Assembly (NCBI GenBank): GCA_963707205.1 | Contig: CAVPQE010000035.1 | Coordinates: 8,164-72,163 of the forward strand | Direction of reading: 5' to 3' | DNA length: 64,000 bases | From: an uncultured Acidobacteriaceae bacterium | GTDB taxonomy: Bacteria; Acidobacteriota; Terriglobia; Terriglobales; Acidobacteriaceae | The notes under the pieces: generated by a model | The model's database searches: none | Told to the model about the DNA's origin: nothing | The model's input: the letters and a program-made list of their open reading frames with translations, nothing else | Made by a program: the position numbers and the translations under genes | In this document: positions 1-12,546 of the stretch, piece by piece | Position numbering within the stretch: position 1 is the stretch's first letter | Layout of the letters: each line of letters opens with the position of its first letter

Positions 1-130
1 GCACCGTGCGCTGTTTCGCATTGAACTGCACCTGCCGGATGCCATACACCTCACGCATCGTATCAATCGCCCGCATTTCATTCTCGCCGGGAACTGCGCC
101 GTAGTTGAAAACCACATCCAGATAAGTCAT
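1..130 (-). CDS. hypothetical protein, N-terminal part (runs off window edge)
   Basis: ATG at 130..128 with AGGA about 9 nt upstream; open to position 1 (MTYLDVVFNYGAVPGENEMRAIDTMREVYGIRQVQFNAKQRTV...). Below the ORF-track length cutoff; no family recognised. Confidence 0.35.
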   Translation of the reverse strand, partial: MTYLDVVFNYGAVPGENEMRAIDTMREVYGIRQVQFNAKQRTV

Positions 131-246
131 GGGTTCAATCCTTCGGTATGATGATTTGGAAGCGCGGGCCATCCCGCCGGATGAATCCAATATAGAGCAT
201 CGGCAATCGAAGAAGATAGTTTTCCTGCGCATCTGCGGCATCGCAT

Positions 247-2799
<2,553 letters not shown>

Positions 2800-2929
2800 A
2801 GCCCTTCGACAGGCTTTTGGGCAGTCTCTACTCCTTTCCATTGAGGCTGACGATTACCGTTTCGGATCTGTGCCGGCAGAAGAAACCAACACGACCTCCA
2901 ACCCCAAAGCAGAGAAAGAAGTTGTCAGA

Positions 2930-3373
2930 CTAGGAGTTCAGTGAGAGGCGGTACGCCGCGTTAATTTGTCGGACCACATGCTCCACCGCGAGCTTCAATT
3001 CAGGCGAGACTTCGGTTCCATGTTCGAATCGCCGTCCCTCAATTCCGTATACTTGCAGTCGCTCTGGCAAACGGTCTAGAACTCGAGCCAGTCGGATTGC
3101 AGCCGATAAGCCCAGTCCATGGGTGGATGCAGATTGGTCAGTAGGGAAGCTCGCTTTTTCGCCGTCCCACAGCCACACCGTGCCAAGGGACGCACCTGTC
3201 TCCACTGAGTCCACCACGACAACGTCGTCAGCTCCGTACCAAGCTTCGATGAGTTCCAGGGCCTCCCCAGAGCGAATCTCAGCTTCTACGCCAAAGTCTC
3301 GCAGCCGCTCGGCCACCAACGCTCCAGCGCCGTCGTCGCCTCGCTCCGGATTTCCGCAGCAGATAATCCGCAT
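2930..3373 (-). CDS. NiFe-hydrogenase maturation endopeptidase
   Basis: 147 aa. N-terminal MRIICCGNPERGDDGAG motif typical of HyaD/HoxW-type proteases. Lies 3 nt downstream of the large-subunit gene. Confidence 0.85.
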   Translation of the reverse strand: MRIICCGNPERGDDGAGALVAERLRDFGVEAEIRSGEALELIEAWYGADDVVVVDSVETGASLGTVWLWDGEKASFPTDQSASTHGLGLSAAIRLARVLDRLPERLQVYGIEGRRFEHGTEVSPELKLAVEHVVRQINAAYRLSLNS

Positions 3374-3376
3374 GGA

Positions 3377-4687
3377 TCAGACTCCGTCAGCCTCCGCCCG
3401 CTCCACCGTGAGCTTTAGAGAGTGTGTGGCACAGGAGATGCAAGGGTCGTAGTTGCGAATAGCCTGCTCACACTTCCAACTTGCTTCTTCCAACGGCCAC
3501 GCCACTAATCGCATGGCGTAGTCGCGTAAGTCGTCCTCGATCCGTTTCTGGTTTTGCGATGTGGGCGGGATAATCCTGGCGGCGATGATCAGCCCTTTTT
3601 CGTCCATGGCGTAACGATGATAGAGAATGCCTCGGGGTGCCTCGGTAATCGCCTGACCTACCCCGGCCTGATTCGGTACCTCAACTCGCGGTACGGGAGG
3701 AGGTTCGTATTCGCCGATGATTCGTAATGCTTCAGCGCACGCAAACACAATTTCCACTGAGCGAACCATGATGCTACGGAACGGATTCTTCACGGGAACA
3801 GCAAGTTTGACTTCTCGGGCCACTTGCTGTGCTACTTCGGGCAGCTTATCGAAATTCAAATTGAAGCGCGCCATGGGTCCCACCAGATATGAACTTCTTC
3901 CACGCACGACCGAGTGTAGCGCGTTCGAATGCTTCACATGCATTTCGACAAAGTGATCCTCATACTCGGCTGCGTCAATGTCCAGACCTCGATTCGATAC
4001 CAGCCGCCCTTCGTTGAATGGATACTCATCAGGATGACGGAGAGCCACGAATTCATAGTCCTGCTCGAAATCGGGGAATTCCAGATTGGCCGTCCAACGC
4101 GCGGTTTCGAACGAAGCATCCAGCGCCCATTCCACGTCCTCCACTAGTTCGCGCAGTTGTTGCTTGGTGGGTACTTTGTAGAAGCCTCCGACTGCTGCCG
4201 AGATGGGATGAATCTCGCGGCCCCCGAGCAGCGTCACAATTCGGTTGCCGATCTTCTTCAACCGTAACGCTCGCTCGACTACGGCTCGATGGTCCCGGGC
4301 CATGGCAATGGCGTCCTGGTAGCCCAGAAAGTCCGGCGCGTGCAGCATGTAGACGTGCAAGGTGTGACTCTCAATCCATTCGCCGCAGTAGAACAGTCGG
4401 CGGAGGAGGCGCACGGCGGGATCGATGCGAGTTCCCAATGCGCGCTCGATCGCGTGAATCGCGCTCATCTGGTAAGCAATCGGACAGATCCCGCAGATGC
4501 GAGCGGTGATATCGGGAGCTTCGGAGAAATGACGCCCCCGAAGGAAGGCCTCGAAGAACCGCGGCGGCTCATAAATCCTAAGCTTCACGTCCGCCACACG
4601 TTCGCCCACGAGTTTAATGTACAAAGCTCCTTCCCCTTCCACCCGGGCCAATGTGTCCACGCGGATCGTTCTACTATGGCCGCTCAT
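3377..4687 (-). CDS. hyhL: NiFe hydrogenase large subunit, group 3b-like (HyhL)
   Basis: 436 aa. N-terminal RICGICP and C-terminal DPCISCATH Ni-Fe ligand motifs followed by a 14-aa cleavable tail. 4-nt overlap with the small-subunit gene. Operon partners are HydB/HydG-type subunits. Confidence 0.9.
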   Translation of the reverse strand: MSGHSRTIRVDTLARVEGEGALYIKLVGERVADVKLRIYEPPRFFEAFLRGRHFSEAPDITARICGICPIAYQMSAIHAIERALGTRIDPAVRLLRRLFYCGEWIESHTLHVYMLHAPDFLGYQDAIAMARDHRAVVERALRLKKIGNRIVTLLGGREIHPISAAVGGFYKVPTKQQLRELVEDVEWALDASFETARWTANLEFPDFEQDYEFVALRHPDEYPFNEGRLVSNRGLDIDAAEYEDHFVEMHVKHSNALHSVVRGRSSYLVGPMARFNLNFDKLPEVAQQVAREVKLAVPVKNPFRSIMVRSVEIVFACAEALRIIGEYEPPPVPRVEVPNQAGVGQAITEAPRGILYHRYAMDEKGLIIAARIIPPTSQNQKRIEDDLRDYAMRLVAWPLEEASWKCEQAIRNYDPCISCATHSLKLTVERAEADGV

Positions 4688-5472
4688 TTGCGCTCATACT
4701 CCTCGCTCGTCTTGCGGAACTGCCAGGACCAGGCGTTGAATCCCCGGAAGGCACGCGTGATCTGCGCATCCGATTGACCGAGGATGTGGAGTTGGGCAGC
4801 CAGTGACGGGGTGTTCGGACTCTCCATCGGCCCGTAGCAGCCGTAGCAGCCTCGATCATAGCTAGGACACAGTGCCCCACATCCCGCCTGCGTCACTGGA
4901 CCGAGGCAAGCAATGCCTCGCGCTACCGTGATGCAGACATTGTTTCTCCGCTTGCACTCCAGGCACACGCTATACGACGGAATGTTCGGCTTGCGCCCCA
5001 GGAGCGTCGCCGCGATCAGCTCGATCAAGTGATATTTGTTGATCGGGCAGCCGCGCAATTCGAAATCCACGGGAACGTGCTCGGCAATTGGAGTCGATAG
5101 CTTTAGGGTGCTGATGAATTGCGGGGTCGCATACACTACGCGAATGAATTCATCCACATCTTTCCAGTTACGCAATGCCTGGATGCCGCCTGCAGTCGCA
5201 CACGCGCCGATGGTAACCAGCGTCGTGCACTGCCGTCGCACCTCTTGGATGCGCTGCGCATCGTGATGAGTAGTAATGGAGCCCTCTACCAGTCCGATGT
5301 CATATGGACCCTTCAGCATGGCGCGCGATGCCTCCGGAAAATAGGCGATGTCGACCGCCCCGGCTACGCCGAGCAGTTCATCCTCGGCATCAAGCAAACT
5401 CAGCTGGCAGCCGTCACAGGACGCAAATTTGAAGACCGCGATCGTCGGTTTGTGCTTGGTATCAGAGTTCAT
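4684..5472 (-). CDS. hyhS: NiFe hydrogenase small subunit (HyhS, NuoB-like)
   Basis: 262 aa. NuoB/20-kDa-type proximal cluster cysteines ([19 protein letters not shown]) plus additional C-terminal Cys clusters. Confidence 0.85.
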   Translation of the reverse strand: MNSDTKHKPTIAVFKFASCDGCQLSLLDAEDELLGVAGAVDIAYFPEASRAMLKGPYDIGLVEGSITTHHDAQRIQEVRRQCTTLVTIGACATAGGIQALRNWKDVDEFIRVVYATPQFISTLKLSTPIAEHVPVDFELRGCPINKYHLIELIAATLLGRKPNIPSYSVCLECKRRNNVCITVARGIACLGPVTQAGCGALCPSYDRGCYGCYGPMESPNTPSLAAQLHILGQSDAQITRAFRGFNAWSWQFRKTSEEYERK

Positions 5473-6304
5473 ACTTTTCCAACAGGGTGCGGATGTTCTC
5501 GTAAGGAAAGACCGGCCCGTCCCTGCAAATAAAGTACGGTCCGTACTGACAGTGACCGCAGAATCCGATGGCGCACTTCATGTTGCGTTCCATAGAGAGA
5601 TAAATGTCCTCGCGCTTGAGCCCGTGGGTCTCCAGTTCGCGAGTGACAAAGCGCATCATGATCTCGGGGCCGCAAACCATCGCGATCGATCGCGCCGGCT
5701 GCAACCGGGCGTACTTAAACAGCGTCGTCACTACGCCCACGTGTCCGCGCCAACTCAACCCGCCATAGTCCACGGTGACCAGAACTTGTGTGTCTGGTTG
5801 ACGGGCCCAACTTGACAGTTCTCTGCGATACAGAAGATCACGAGGACTGCGCGAGCCGTAGAGCACCGTCAGACGCCCGTACTGCTTCCGATTGAGCAGG
5901 ACGTGGTAAATCACTGGACGAAGCGGGGCCAATCCGATTCCGCCAGCAACCACAATGACATCGTGCCCTCGGGCTGCCTCAATCGGCCAGCCCGTGCCGA
6001 ACGGGCCTCGGACGCCAATGCCGTCCCCGACTTTCTGACTCACCAGCGCATGGGTTGCCTGACCCACCGAGCGCACGGTATACACAAGCTGGTCCCGCTG
6101 CAAAGCCTGGCCGCTAATGGAGATGGGCAACTCGCCCACCCCGAATACCCACAACATGCTGAATTGGCCGGGCTGGAATAAGCTTCTATCATTTTCCTTC
6201 TCCGGCTCCAGTGTCAGGGTGAACGTGTCGGGCGTCTCCTTGGCGACCCCGCACACAACGTAGGGCTGCGAAACCATTGGCTCGGTTGTTGTCGTAAGAG
6301 TCAT
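5462..6304 (-). CDS. hyhG: hydrogenase gamma subunit, FAD/NAD(P)-binding with 2Fe-2S (HyhG)
   Basis: The track ORF extends to 6517, but the ATG at 6304 forms an ATGA overlap with the upstream stop. From there 280 aa with a PyrK/FNR-like fold ([10 protein letters not shown]) and C-terminal [10 protein letters not shown] 2Fe-2S motif. Confidence 0.85.
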   Translation of the reverse strand: MTLTTTTEPMVSQPYVVCGVAKETPDTFTLTLEPEKENDRSLFQPGQFSMLWVFGVGELPISISGQALQRDQLVYTVRSVGQATHALVSQKVGDGIGVRGPFGTGWPIEAARGHDVIVVAGGIGLAPLRPVIYHVLLNRKQYGRLTVLYGSRSPRDLLYRRELSSWARQPDTQVLVTVDYGGLSWRGHVGVVTTLFKYARLQPARSIAMVCGPEIMMRFVTRELETHGLKREDIYLSMERNMKCAIGFCGHCQYGPYFICRDGPVFPYENIRTLLEKYEL

Positions 6305-6762
6305 CGCCCGACCGCGTAAACATCGAGCAACTGGAGACGAGTCGCGTCCAGCCGCTGCTCCATGATTTGAGCGAAGCGCTTCAGGATTTCGTAACCCAGA
6401 TCGTGGTTCTCTTCGCACTTGATACGCAAACACTTGCCGTCGAGGGCTATGGCGCGCGTATCCTCGGCAGCGCGGGCGTGGAACTTCCACTGAAAGGGCG
6501 GCAGCAGCCACGACCACCCCAGGATTTCTCCCACACTGAGCGTGGAAACGATGATCGGCTTGTGCTGGGGTGCCACGACTTCCACCGCCACCCTGCCCCC
6601 GCGAATCAGATAGAAGGTGTTGGCTGGGTCGCCCTCTTTCAAAATGTAGGTGCCGGCCTTGAAATGAACGTTGGAGGCGCAGCCCACCAGCAGCGCTATG
6701 AAGTCACGATCTAGACCGGTGAAGAAAGGATGCTCCGCGATGATGCGCTCAAGTGTTTCCAT
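6301..6762 (-). CDS. stand-alone cyclic-nucleotide-binding domain protein
   Basis: 153 aa. cNMP-binding beta-barrel signature (FYLIRGGRVAV, GEILGWSWL, RAAEDTRAIAL). No HTH or other output domain. Overlaps both flanking hydrogenase genes. Confidence 0.8.
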   Translation of the reverse strand: METLERIIAEHPFFTGLDRDFIALLVGCASNVHFKAGTYILKEGDPANTFYLIRGGRVAVEVVAPQHKPIIVSTLSVGEILGWSWLLPPFQWKFHARAAEDTRAIALDGKCLRIKCEENHDLGYEILKRFAQIMEQRLDATRLQLLDVYAVGR

Positions 6763-7897
6763 GATCGTTCCCCTCCCGTATAGCCCGAGCTTCCTCAGTG
6801 ATATCGATTCCTACTGGACACCAGGCAATGCAACGTCCGCAGCCTACACATCCCGAAGTGCCGAATTGATCGATCCACGAAGCCAGCTTGTGGGTCATCC
6901 ATTGACGATAGCGAGCTTTGCCGGAAGTGCGAACGTTGCCCCCGTGGATGTACGAAAAACTTAGCGTGAAGCACGAATCCCAACGGCGCCAGCGCTCGGC
7001 TTGATCGCTGCTCACGTAAGTCACGTCCTCGACCGCGGTGCAGAAGCAGGTGGGGCAAACCATGGTGCAGTTGGCGCACGTCAGGCAGCGGGCGGCGACG
7101 TTGTCCCAGCGTGGATGGTCGAAGTTCTGGTACAGCAGGTCTTTGATGCCGGCAGTGTCGATGCTTCGCATCTGCTCGACCGAGGCCCGCTCCACCGCAG
7201 CTTCTGCCTCTCGAAGATCGGCGTCGGCAGCCGGACCGGTCTGCAGATCAGCTAACACTTCGACGCCGCGATTGCTCCCCGTCTGCACGACAAATCGGTG
7301 GCCGCCCGGTCCGATAAGTTCCGTCAGAGCCAAGTCAAAACCGCTTTGCGCGCGCGGTCCCGTTCCCATCGAAGCACAAAAGCACGTGGCCGCCGACCGC
7401 GTGCATTGCACTGCCACGATGAACACATCTTGGCGTAGCCCCTCGTAAATTGCATCCCGATACTTATCGCCGATCAACACGCGATCCTGAAGCTTGATGG
7501 CTGCCAAGTCGCAGGCCCGGACTCCCAGGAGTGCGTATCGGTGCTTGGGTCGCATCTCATTGTTCAGAATTTGGAAGGTCCCGCCTCGACGTTCGGCCGA
7601 CCACAACCGCACTTCGGCCGGGTGTAGGTACCTCTTCCAGCTCTGGGGTCCCGCGGCATACCCGAACAAGGCCTGATCCTCGCGGCGCTTTAGCCGATAA
7701 CAGCCGCGTTCCTGTTCGTCGGTCCAGCCTGCGGGCAATTGCGCAGCCGACTCGATGCGCTCGTAGACAATTGCCCCGTCACGTACGATAGGGCCAATGG
7801 TCTCGTAGCCCTTGCACGACAACCTTTCGATTAGTTTCTGTAGCTGGTCTGCGTGCAGGATCCTGCGCTGTTCTTCGGCCACTGTGATCACTTCCAA
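6749..7897 (-). CDS. hyhB: hydrogenase beta subunit, FeS protein (HyhB / AsrA-like)
   Basis: 382 aa with Cys clusters [16 protein letters not shown] and [12 protein letters not shown]. Start is TTG at 7897 or GTG at 7891 (the latter has GAAGG about 9 nt upstream). Confidence 0.85.
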   Translation of the reverse strand: MEVITVAEEQRRILHADQLQKLIERLSCKGYETIGPIVRDGAIVYERIESAAQLPAGWTDEQERGCYRLKRREDQALFGYAAGPQSWKRYLHPAEVRLWSAERRGGTFQILNNEMRPKHRYALLGVRACDLAAIKLQDRVLIGDKYRDAIYEGLRQDVFIVAVQCTRSAATCFCASMGTGPRAQSGFDLALTELIGPGGHRFVVQTGSNRGVEVLADLQTGPAADADLREAEAAVERASVEQMRSIDTAGIKDLLYQNFDHPRWDNVAARCLTCANCTMVCPTCFCTAVEDVTYVSSDQAERWRRWDSCFTLSFSYIHGGNVRTSGKARYRQWMTHKLASWIDQFGTSGCVGCGRCIAWCPVGIDITEEARAIREGNDHGNT

Positions 7898-7960
7898 TGC
7901 CTTCTAGAGTTTTGTCCAAGGCTCAATGATCCGAGTCAGGGTGCCCAAAACTCGCACGTC

Positions 7961-8410
7961 TTAGGCACAAGCCTGAACAGCTCCCGAAACCAACTTCGCT
8001 TCACACTGAATGTTCACGTTCAAGACGCTCGAAACCGGACAGTCGCGTCGAGCGGATTCCACAGCCTCTGCGAATTGACCGTGTTCGAAATCGCGCGTTC
8101 GAGCGACGATCTTGAGGTGTGCTCCCACAATTCGTAATGACTCTCCCACAAAGTCCAGGGTCAAAGCGGTGTTGGTTTCAACCTCGACGGGTCGGATTCC
8201 CACCTTGGTCATTTCTACCGCGACCATTCTGGACATGCTGGAAGAAATAGCGGCGGCCAGCATTTCGCAGGGCGATGTAGAAGTCGCTACCAGACCCGTG
8301 AGCGACCCGAAGGTGTACTTGCTGTTGTTCAAGACCCCGCTCGGAGTGGAAAGCGTGCCTTCTCCGGCGTACGGACCGTCCTTCCAAATAGCGTGTGCTT
8401 CGCGCACCAT
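7961..8410 (-). CDS. osmC: OsmC/Ohr family peroxiredoxin-like protein
   Basis: 149 aa. OsmC-fold length and the two conserved cysteines (SPCEMLAAA and RDCPVS). Confidence 0.8.
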   Translation of the reverse strand: MVREAHAIWKDGPYAGEGTLSTPSGVLNNSKYTFGSLTGLVATSTSPCEMLAAAISSSMSRMVAVEMTKVGIRPVEVETNTALTLDFVGESLRIVGAHLKIVARTRDFEHGQFAEAVESARRDCPVSSVLNVNIQCEAKLVSGAVQACA

Positions 8411-8440
8411 TTGCGGCCTCCCGCGTTTTGGGCGAGTAAT

Positions 8441-8838
8441 CTATTCCGCCCACATTGGTGTTCCGTTTGGCTCCCGAAAGGCCAGGGTCTGGTTGCCCCG
8501 AACCACGGTGCGGGCGATCAGGGCCTCTTGTCCGTGATAGATGATTCTCGACCCGACTACCTGGATCTGGTCCCCCTTGCTAAAGCTCAATTTATTGTCG
8601 TTTAGAAACCGAGTCGGACCAACGTGTACCTGGAACGTGCCGTCCGCCGCTTTCACCAACAGGTGAGTTCCTACGTCGCCGCTGATCGGGCAGTAAAACT
8701 CCTGCACGTCTTGCACTACGCCTTGTACGGTTCTTTCGTTGGAAGCGCTGTAAACTGGCACCCGGTGCCTCGGGCTGGTAAACAGTAGAATTGCAAGGAA
8801 ACAACTGCAGTACCCATAACTGTCTGCGGGATTCTCAT
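8441..8838 (-). pseudogene. exported small beta-rich protein; signal peptide separated from mature domain by a 1-nt frameshift
   Basis: Strong RBS AAGGAGGAG plus ATG at 8838 opens a frame (MRIPQTVMGTAVVS...) that stops after about 40 codons. The 106-aa ORF 8441..8761 is open upstream in another frame through a hydrophobic stretch (CSCFLAILLFTSP) with no start. Restoring one base gives 133 codons. Confidence 0.5.
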
Positions 8839-8878
8839 AGCGCTCCTCCTTTTCGAGACTTGGTGCCGCACAACTCTG

Positions 8879-9403
8879 TCAGGCCGCCGCGGGGGTTCTT
8901 TTGTGTCTCGTCGCCGCCTTGAGCAGCTCGACCTTGAGCATCCCCTCCTGCAGTTCGATCACTGCTCCCTGAGGATCAACTTCTGTCGGCAGGTCGATCA
9001 GCCGCAATACCCGGTCGGGACACCAATCGACACGCTCGATTTGTCCTTCCTCGATCTGGAAGGTGGTAGCTTCTCTCTTTCCAAGGATGGCAACACGTCT
9101 GGGTTCAACGCTGACCTGGAGTTCCTTTTCTGCGAACCCGAAGACGTTGGCGCGAATACTGAGCCGTTCGTCTGATTCGGACGTCGCAATTGATACGGGA
9201 CACAAAAACTCCGACTCCGCCCTGAACCAATCCTCCCAGTCGTGGCCATGCTCACGGCCGCGCTTTTCGAACAACTCAAAAGCCCTGCGAGCAATCGCAA
9301 GTTGCACTGGTTGCATCTCCCACCGCAGCTTTTCGGGATCTTGCGATTGCAACAGCGTGGTTGGCGGTTCAGCTGTGAGAGCAGACATTTTGGTAGATTT
9401 CAT
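8879..9403 (-). CDS. DUF2934-like N-terminal region fused to Hsp20/alpha-crystallin domain
   Basis: Start placed at ATG 9403 (AAGGAGGG 5 nt upstream). N-terminal ARRAFELFEKRGREHGHDWEDWFRAE resembles DUF2934. C-terminal half has the ACD pattern (LSIRANVFGFAEKELQVSVEPRRVAILGKRE ... GMLKVEL). Confidence 0.7.
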   Translation of the reverse strand: MKSTKMSALTAEPPTTLLQSQDPEKLRWEMQPVQLAIARRAFELFEKRGREHGHDWEDWFRAESEFLCPVSIATSESDERLSIRANVFGFAEKELQVSVEPRRVAILGKREATTFQIEEGQIERVDWCPDRVLRLIDLPTEVDPQGAVIELQEGMLKVELLKAATRHKRTPAAA

Positions 9404-10122
9404 AAGACCCTCCTTCGAGCAATGCAGGTGGAAGGGGATCGCTCGGTCGCTTGTCGGAGCCTGCAAAGAGGCTGAAGCGAGCGGCTGGGCTCAATTTGCT
9501 AGAGAACACTTCTACACTTTGCATTTTCCTCGCCGCCTTCTTCGTTTGCCGTGATCCACGTCACTACGCGGCATATTTCTTTGGAGACAAGTCGAGATCA
9601 AATGGCGTGACCGTAATGCGTCGCCTGAAGCTAGATCCGCCTGGATGCGACAGTGCCGCATTTTTGCCGGGAAACCGTTTTGAGGTGCTGGGCGGGAACC
9701 GAAAGTGCGACACGGGTTTCGATTTGTCTGATTCGGTTGTGCCTATGAATAAAAACTGCAATGTCGAAGGTGAACCCGCTGACTGCCCGACCTTGGGGGC
9801 TTTCTGCGCTTGTTTGTTGAACTCACGATTTCAACCCATGATTCGCATGCCTCTCACGACTTCCCGGGGACTTAGAAGGTTCGGCTTGGGACAGTTCCGA
9901 AGCCACCCTGTCGTGCCGCTTGCAAGCGGCTCTCGTGGGTTTAGGAAAGCAGCCCTTATGTTCAAGAAAGAAGAGTGTGGTCGAGTCTGCCCTCGTTCGG
10001 CTCAGACTTCCATGTTTATCAGTACTTCTTAAAGTCGAACCGACCCGACATACCATTCGCAGAAGCCTTGTGCTGTGAGCGCGATCACAAGGCGATTGCA
10101 AGAGTTCTCTCTTGATAACGGT

Positions 10123-10137
10123 CTTGGCACTGCCAAG
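10123..10137. promoter_or_regulatory. perfect palindrome CTTGGCA-C-TGCCAAG, candidate operator
   Basis: 7-bp arms with a 1-nt spacer, about 87 nt upstream of the 10224 start, in a long low-GC intergenic region. Confidence 0.2.
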
Positions 10138-10223
10138 AAATCACCGTTAACTGTGACCAGCGGTACAGCCACCACTGTCAACCAGCGAGAACATAGGCAG
10201 TAAAAACAATTTCCGCTGGAGGG

Positions 10224-11573
10224 ATGGCCGTGAAGAGAGTGTTGATTCTTGGTGCCGCAGGCAGGGACTTCCATAACTTTAATGTCTTCTTCCGTGATAA
10301 CTCCGACTACCACGTAGTCGCATTCACAGCCACACAGATTCCTGATATTGCCGGGCGCCGGTATCCGCCGGAGCTAGCAGGGAGCTTGTATCCAGAAGGC
10401 ATTCCTATTCGCGAAGAGAAAGATCTGGAGAGTCTGGTCGCGGAATACGACATTGATGCCGTGGTGTTTTCCTACAGCGACATTTCTCACCAGAATCTGA
10501 TGCATCTCGCCTCGCGTGCGGTAGCTGCGGATGCCGACTTTTGGCTTTTGGGAACCGGGCGCACGCAACTCAAGTCGTCGCTGCCTGTGATTTCCGTGTG
10601 TGCCGTGCGAACGGGATGCGGCAAGAGTCCGGTCTCGCGCCTGGTCGCCGCAGAGTTACGCCGCCGGGGTCGAAGGCCAGTGGTCATTCGACATCCCATG
10701 CCTTACGGAGACCTCGCGGCGCAAGCTGTGCAACGTTTCGCTGCCATGGAAGATCTCGACCTTCAACAATGCACGATCGAGGAACGCGAAGAGTATGAAC
10801 CGCATATCACTCAAGGGACCGTGGTGTATGCGGGAGTGGACTACGGAAAAATTCTCGCGCGGGCCGAGAAAGAAGCGGATGTCATTTTGTGGGACGGAGG
10901 CAACAACGACACTTCTTTTTATGCCTCCGATCTGGAGATCGTAGTCGTAGATCCGCATCGTGCGGGTCATGAATTGTCCTACTTCCCCGGTGAAGTCAAC
11001 CTGCGGCGCGCGGATGTGATCGTGATCAATAAGGTAGACACCGCAGCGCAGCGCGACCTGGAGACGGTTCGCCATAACATCAAGCTCCACAACCCGAAGG
11101 CTGTTGTTTTTGAGATGGCGTGCCGAGTTTCCGTTCCCCAGCCGCATCTCGTGAAAGGACAGCGCGTATTGGTGGTGGAGGACGGTCCCACACTCACTCA
11201 CGGAGAGATGCCCTATGGCGCCGGCGTGGTCGCGGCCCGGCAGTGCGGGGCGGCAGAACTCGTCGACCCGCGGCCTTATGCCGTCGGATCGATCCGCGGC
11301 ACCTACGAACGTTATGGGCACCTCACGAACCTCTTACCCGCCATGGGTTACAGCGCCATGCAGAGACACGAACTGGAGGAAACGATCCGCCGGACTCCGT
11401 GCGATCTGGTGCTGATCGCCACTCCGATCGACCTCAAGCGGGTGATCAAACTCGACAAGCCGAGCCTCCGCGTGACCTATGAAGTGGAAGAACTCACCAA
11501 GCCCGGACTGGCCGAACTGCTTGCCCAGTTCACGCACAAGCACGAGCCAGCACTGGCAGGAGTCGGAAAATGA
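10224..11573 (+). CDS. COG2403 / cyclic 2,3-diphosphoglycerate synthetase-like P-loop protein
   Basis: 449 aa. N-terminal VLILGAAGRDFHNFN and P-loop-like CAVRTGCGKSPVS. Family recognised from memory only. Stop overlaps the OTC start (ATGA). Confidence 0.7.
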   Translation: MAVKRVLILGAAGRDFHNFNVFFRDNSDYHVVAFTATQIPDIAGRRYPPELAGSLYPEGIPIREEKDLESLVAEYDIDAVVFSYSDISHQNLMHLASRAVAADADFWLLGTGRTQLKSSLPVISVCAVRTGCGKSPVSRLVAAELRRRGRRPVVIRHPMPYGDLAAQAVQRFAAMEDLDLQQCTIEEREEYEPHITQGTVVYAGVDYGKILARAEKEADVILWDGGNNDTSFYASDLEIVVVDPHRAGHELSYFPGEVNLRRADVIVINKVDTAAQRDLETVRHNIKLHNPKAVVFEMACRVSVPQPHLVKGQRVLVVEDGPTLTHGEMPYGAGVVAARQCGAAELVDPRPYAVGSIRGTYERYGHLTNLLPAMGYSAMQRHELEETIRRTPCDLVLIATPIDLKRVIKLDKPSLRVTYEVEELTKPGLAELLAQFTHKHEPALAGVGK

Positions 11574-12541
11574 AAGGCAAAGATTTTCTCTCGATTCGAG
11601 ATTTCTCGCCCTCGGAGATCCAGTATCTGCTCATTCTTGGGCGCCAGGTTAAGGCTGACCCGACCGCCTATAGCACGGCACTCCGGCGCCGGACTCTGGC
11701 CATGATCTTCGAGAAACCCTCATTACGCACCCGCGTGACTTTTGATGTTGGCATCCAGCAACTGGGCGGATTTTCACTCTACCTGTCTCCCGCTGAGATC
11801 AATCTGGGTAAACGGGAGTCGGTGTACGACGTGGCCAAGAACCTGGAACGCATGGTTCAGGGCATCATGGTCCGGACCTTTGACCACGAAGTGGTTGTGC
11901 AGATGTCGCGGTACGCCAGCATTCCAGTCATCAACGGGCTCACCGACTACAGTCATCCCTGCCAGGCGATGGCGGACTACTTCACCATTTGGGAGGCTAA
12001 AGGCAATCTCGAGGGTCTGAAGATTGGGTTTGTCGGCGATGGCAACAACGTTGCGCGCTCGCTGATGTTTACCGGAGCCCAGTTAGGTGCGCATGTCTGG
12101 GTGGCCACGCCTCCAGGGTATGAACTCGACGCGGAGTCTGTGAAGTGGGCTCGCCAGCGCGGCGCTGAGACCGGTGGCACTTGCACCACAACCAATGACC
12201 CCGAGGAGGCGGCTTCCGGCGCGGATGTGATCTACACCGATGTCTGGGCAAGCATGGGGCAAGAGGCGGAAGCGGAAAAGCGGAAACATATCTTCCTCCC
12301 GTATCAAGTCGACACGACTCTGTTCCGCCGAGCCAAACGAGATGCCATCTTTCTGCACTGCTTGCCTGCGCATCGCGGCGAAGAAGTTACCAACGATGTT
12401 ATCGACTCACCACAGTCGCTGGTATTTCAGCAGGCGGAGAACCGGCTGCACGCTCAAAAGGCGATCATGCTGGAACTGATGAAAGGTGAGTTCGTCAAAT
12501 TGCCGGGACTGGTCGAGTTGCAAGAGTTGATGCACGTCTAG
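11570..12541 (+). CDS. argF: ornithine carbamoyltransferase
   Basis: 323 aa. SLRTR carbamoyl-phosphate motif, HPCQ, DVWASMG, HCLPAHRGEEV. Confidence 0.9.
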   Translation: MKGKDFLSIRDFSPSEIQYLLILGRQVKADPTAYSTALRRRTLAMIFEKPSLRTRVTFDVGIQQLGGFSLYLSPAEINLGKRESVYDVAKNLERMVQGIMVRTFDHEVVVQMSRYASIPVINGLTDYSHPCQAMADYFTIWEAKGNLEGLKIGFVGDGNNVARSLMFTGAQLGAHVWVATPPGYELDAESVKWARQRGAETGGTCTTTNDPEEAASGADVIYTDVWASMGQEAEAEKRKHIFLPYQVDTTLFRRAKRDAIFLHCLPAHRGEEVTNDVIDSPQSLVFQQAENRLHAQKAIMLELMKGEFVKLPGLVELQELMHV

Positions 12542-12546
12542 GAGCA

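Noticed and set aside
5462-6517. N-terminal 71-residue extension of the hyhG ORF overlapping the cNMP-binding gene
   Set aside because: The extension is Arg/Pro-rich and overlaps a better-supported gene. The internal ATG at 6304 forms an ATGA coupling with the upstream stop and gives a normal-length HydG-type protein.
9451-10032. 193-aa ORF in the long intergenic region
   Set aside because: No RBS, odd composition (Cys/Arg/Phe-rich) and no recognisable domain. It begins inside the upstream gene's 5' region. Treated as non-coding, although a short real gene cannot be excluded.
10125-10140. TGGCAC that might be a sigma-54 -24 element
   Set aside because: The expected TTGC(A/T) -12 element five nt downstream is absent (AGAAA instead). 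The sequence is better described as a palindrome.
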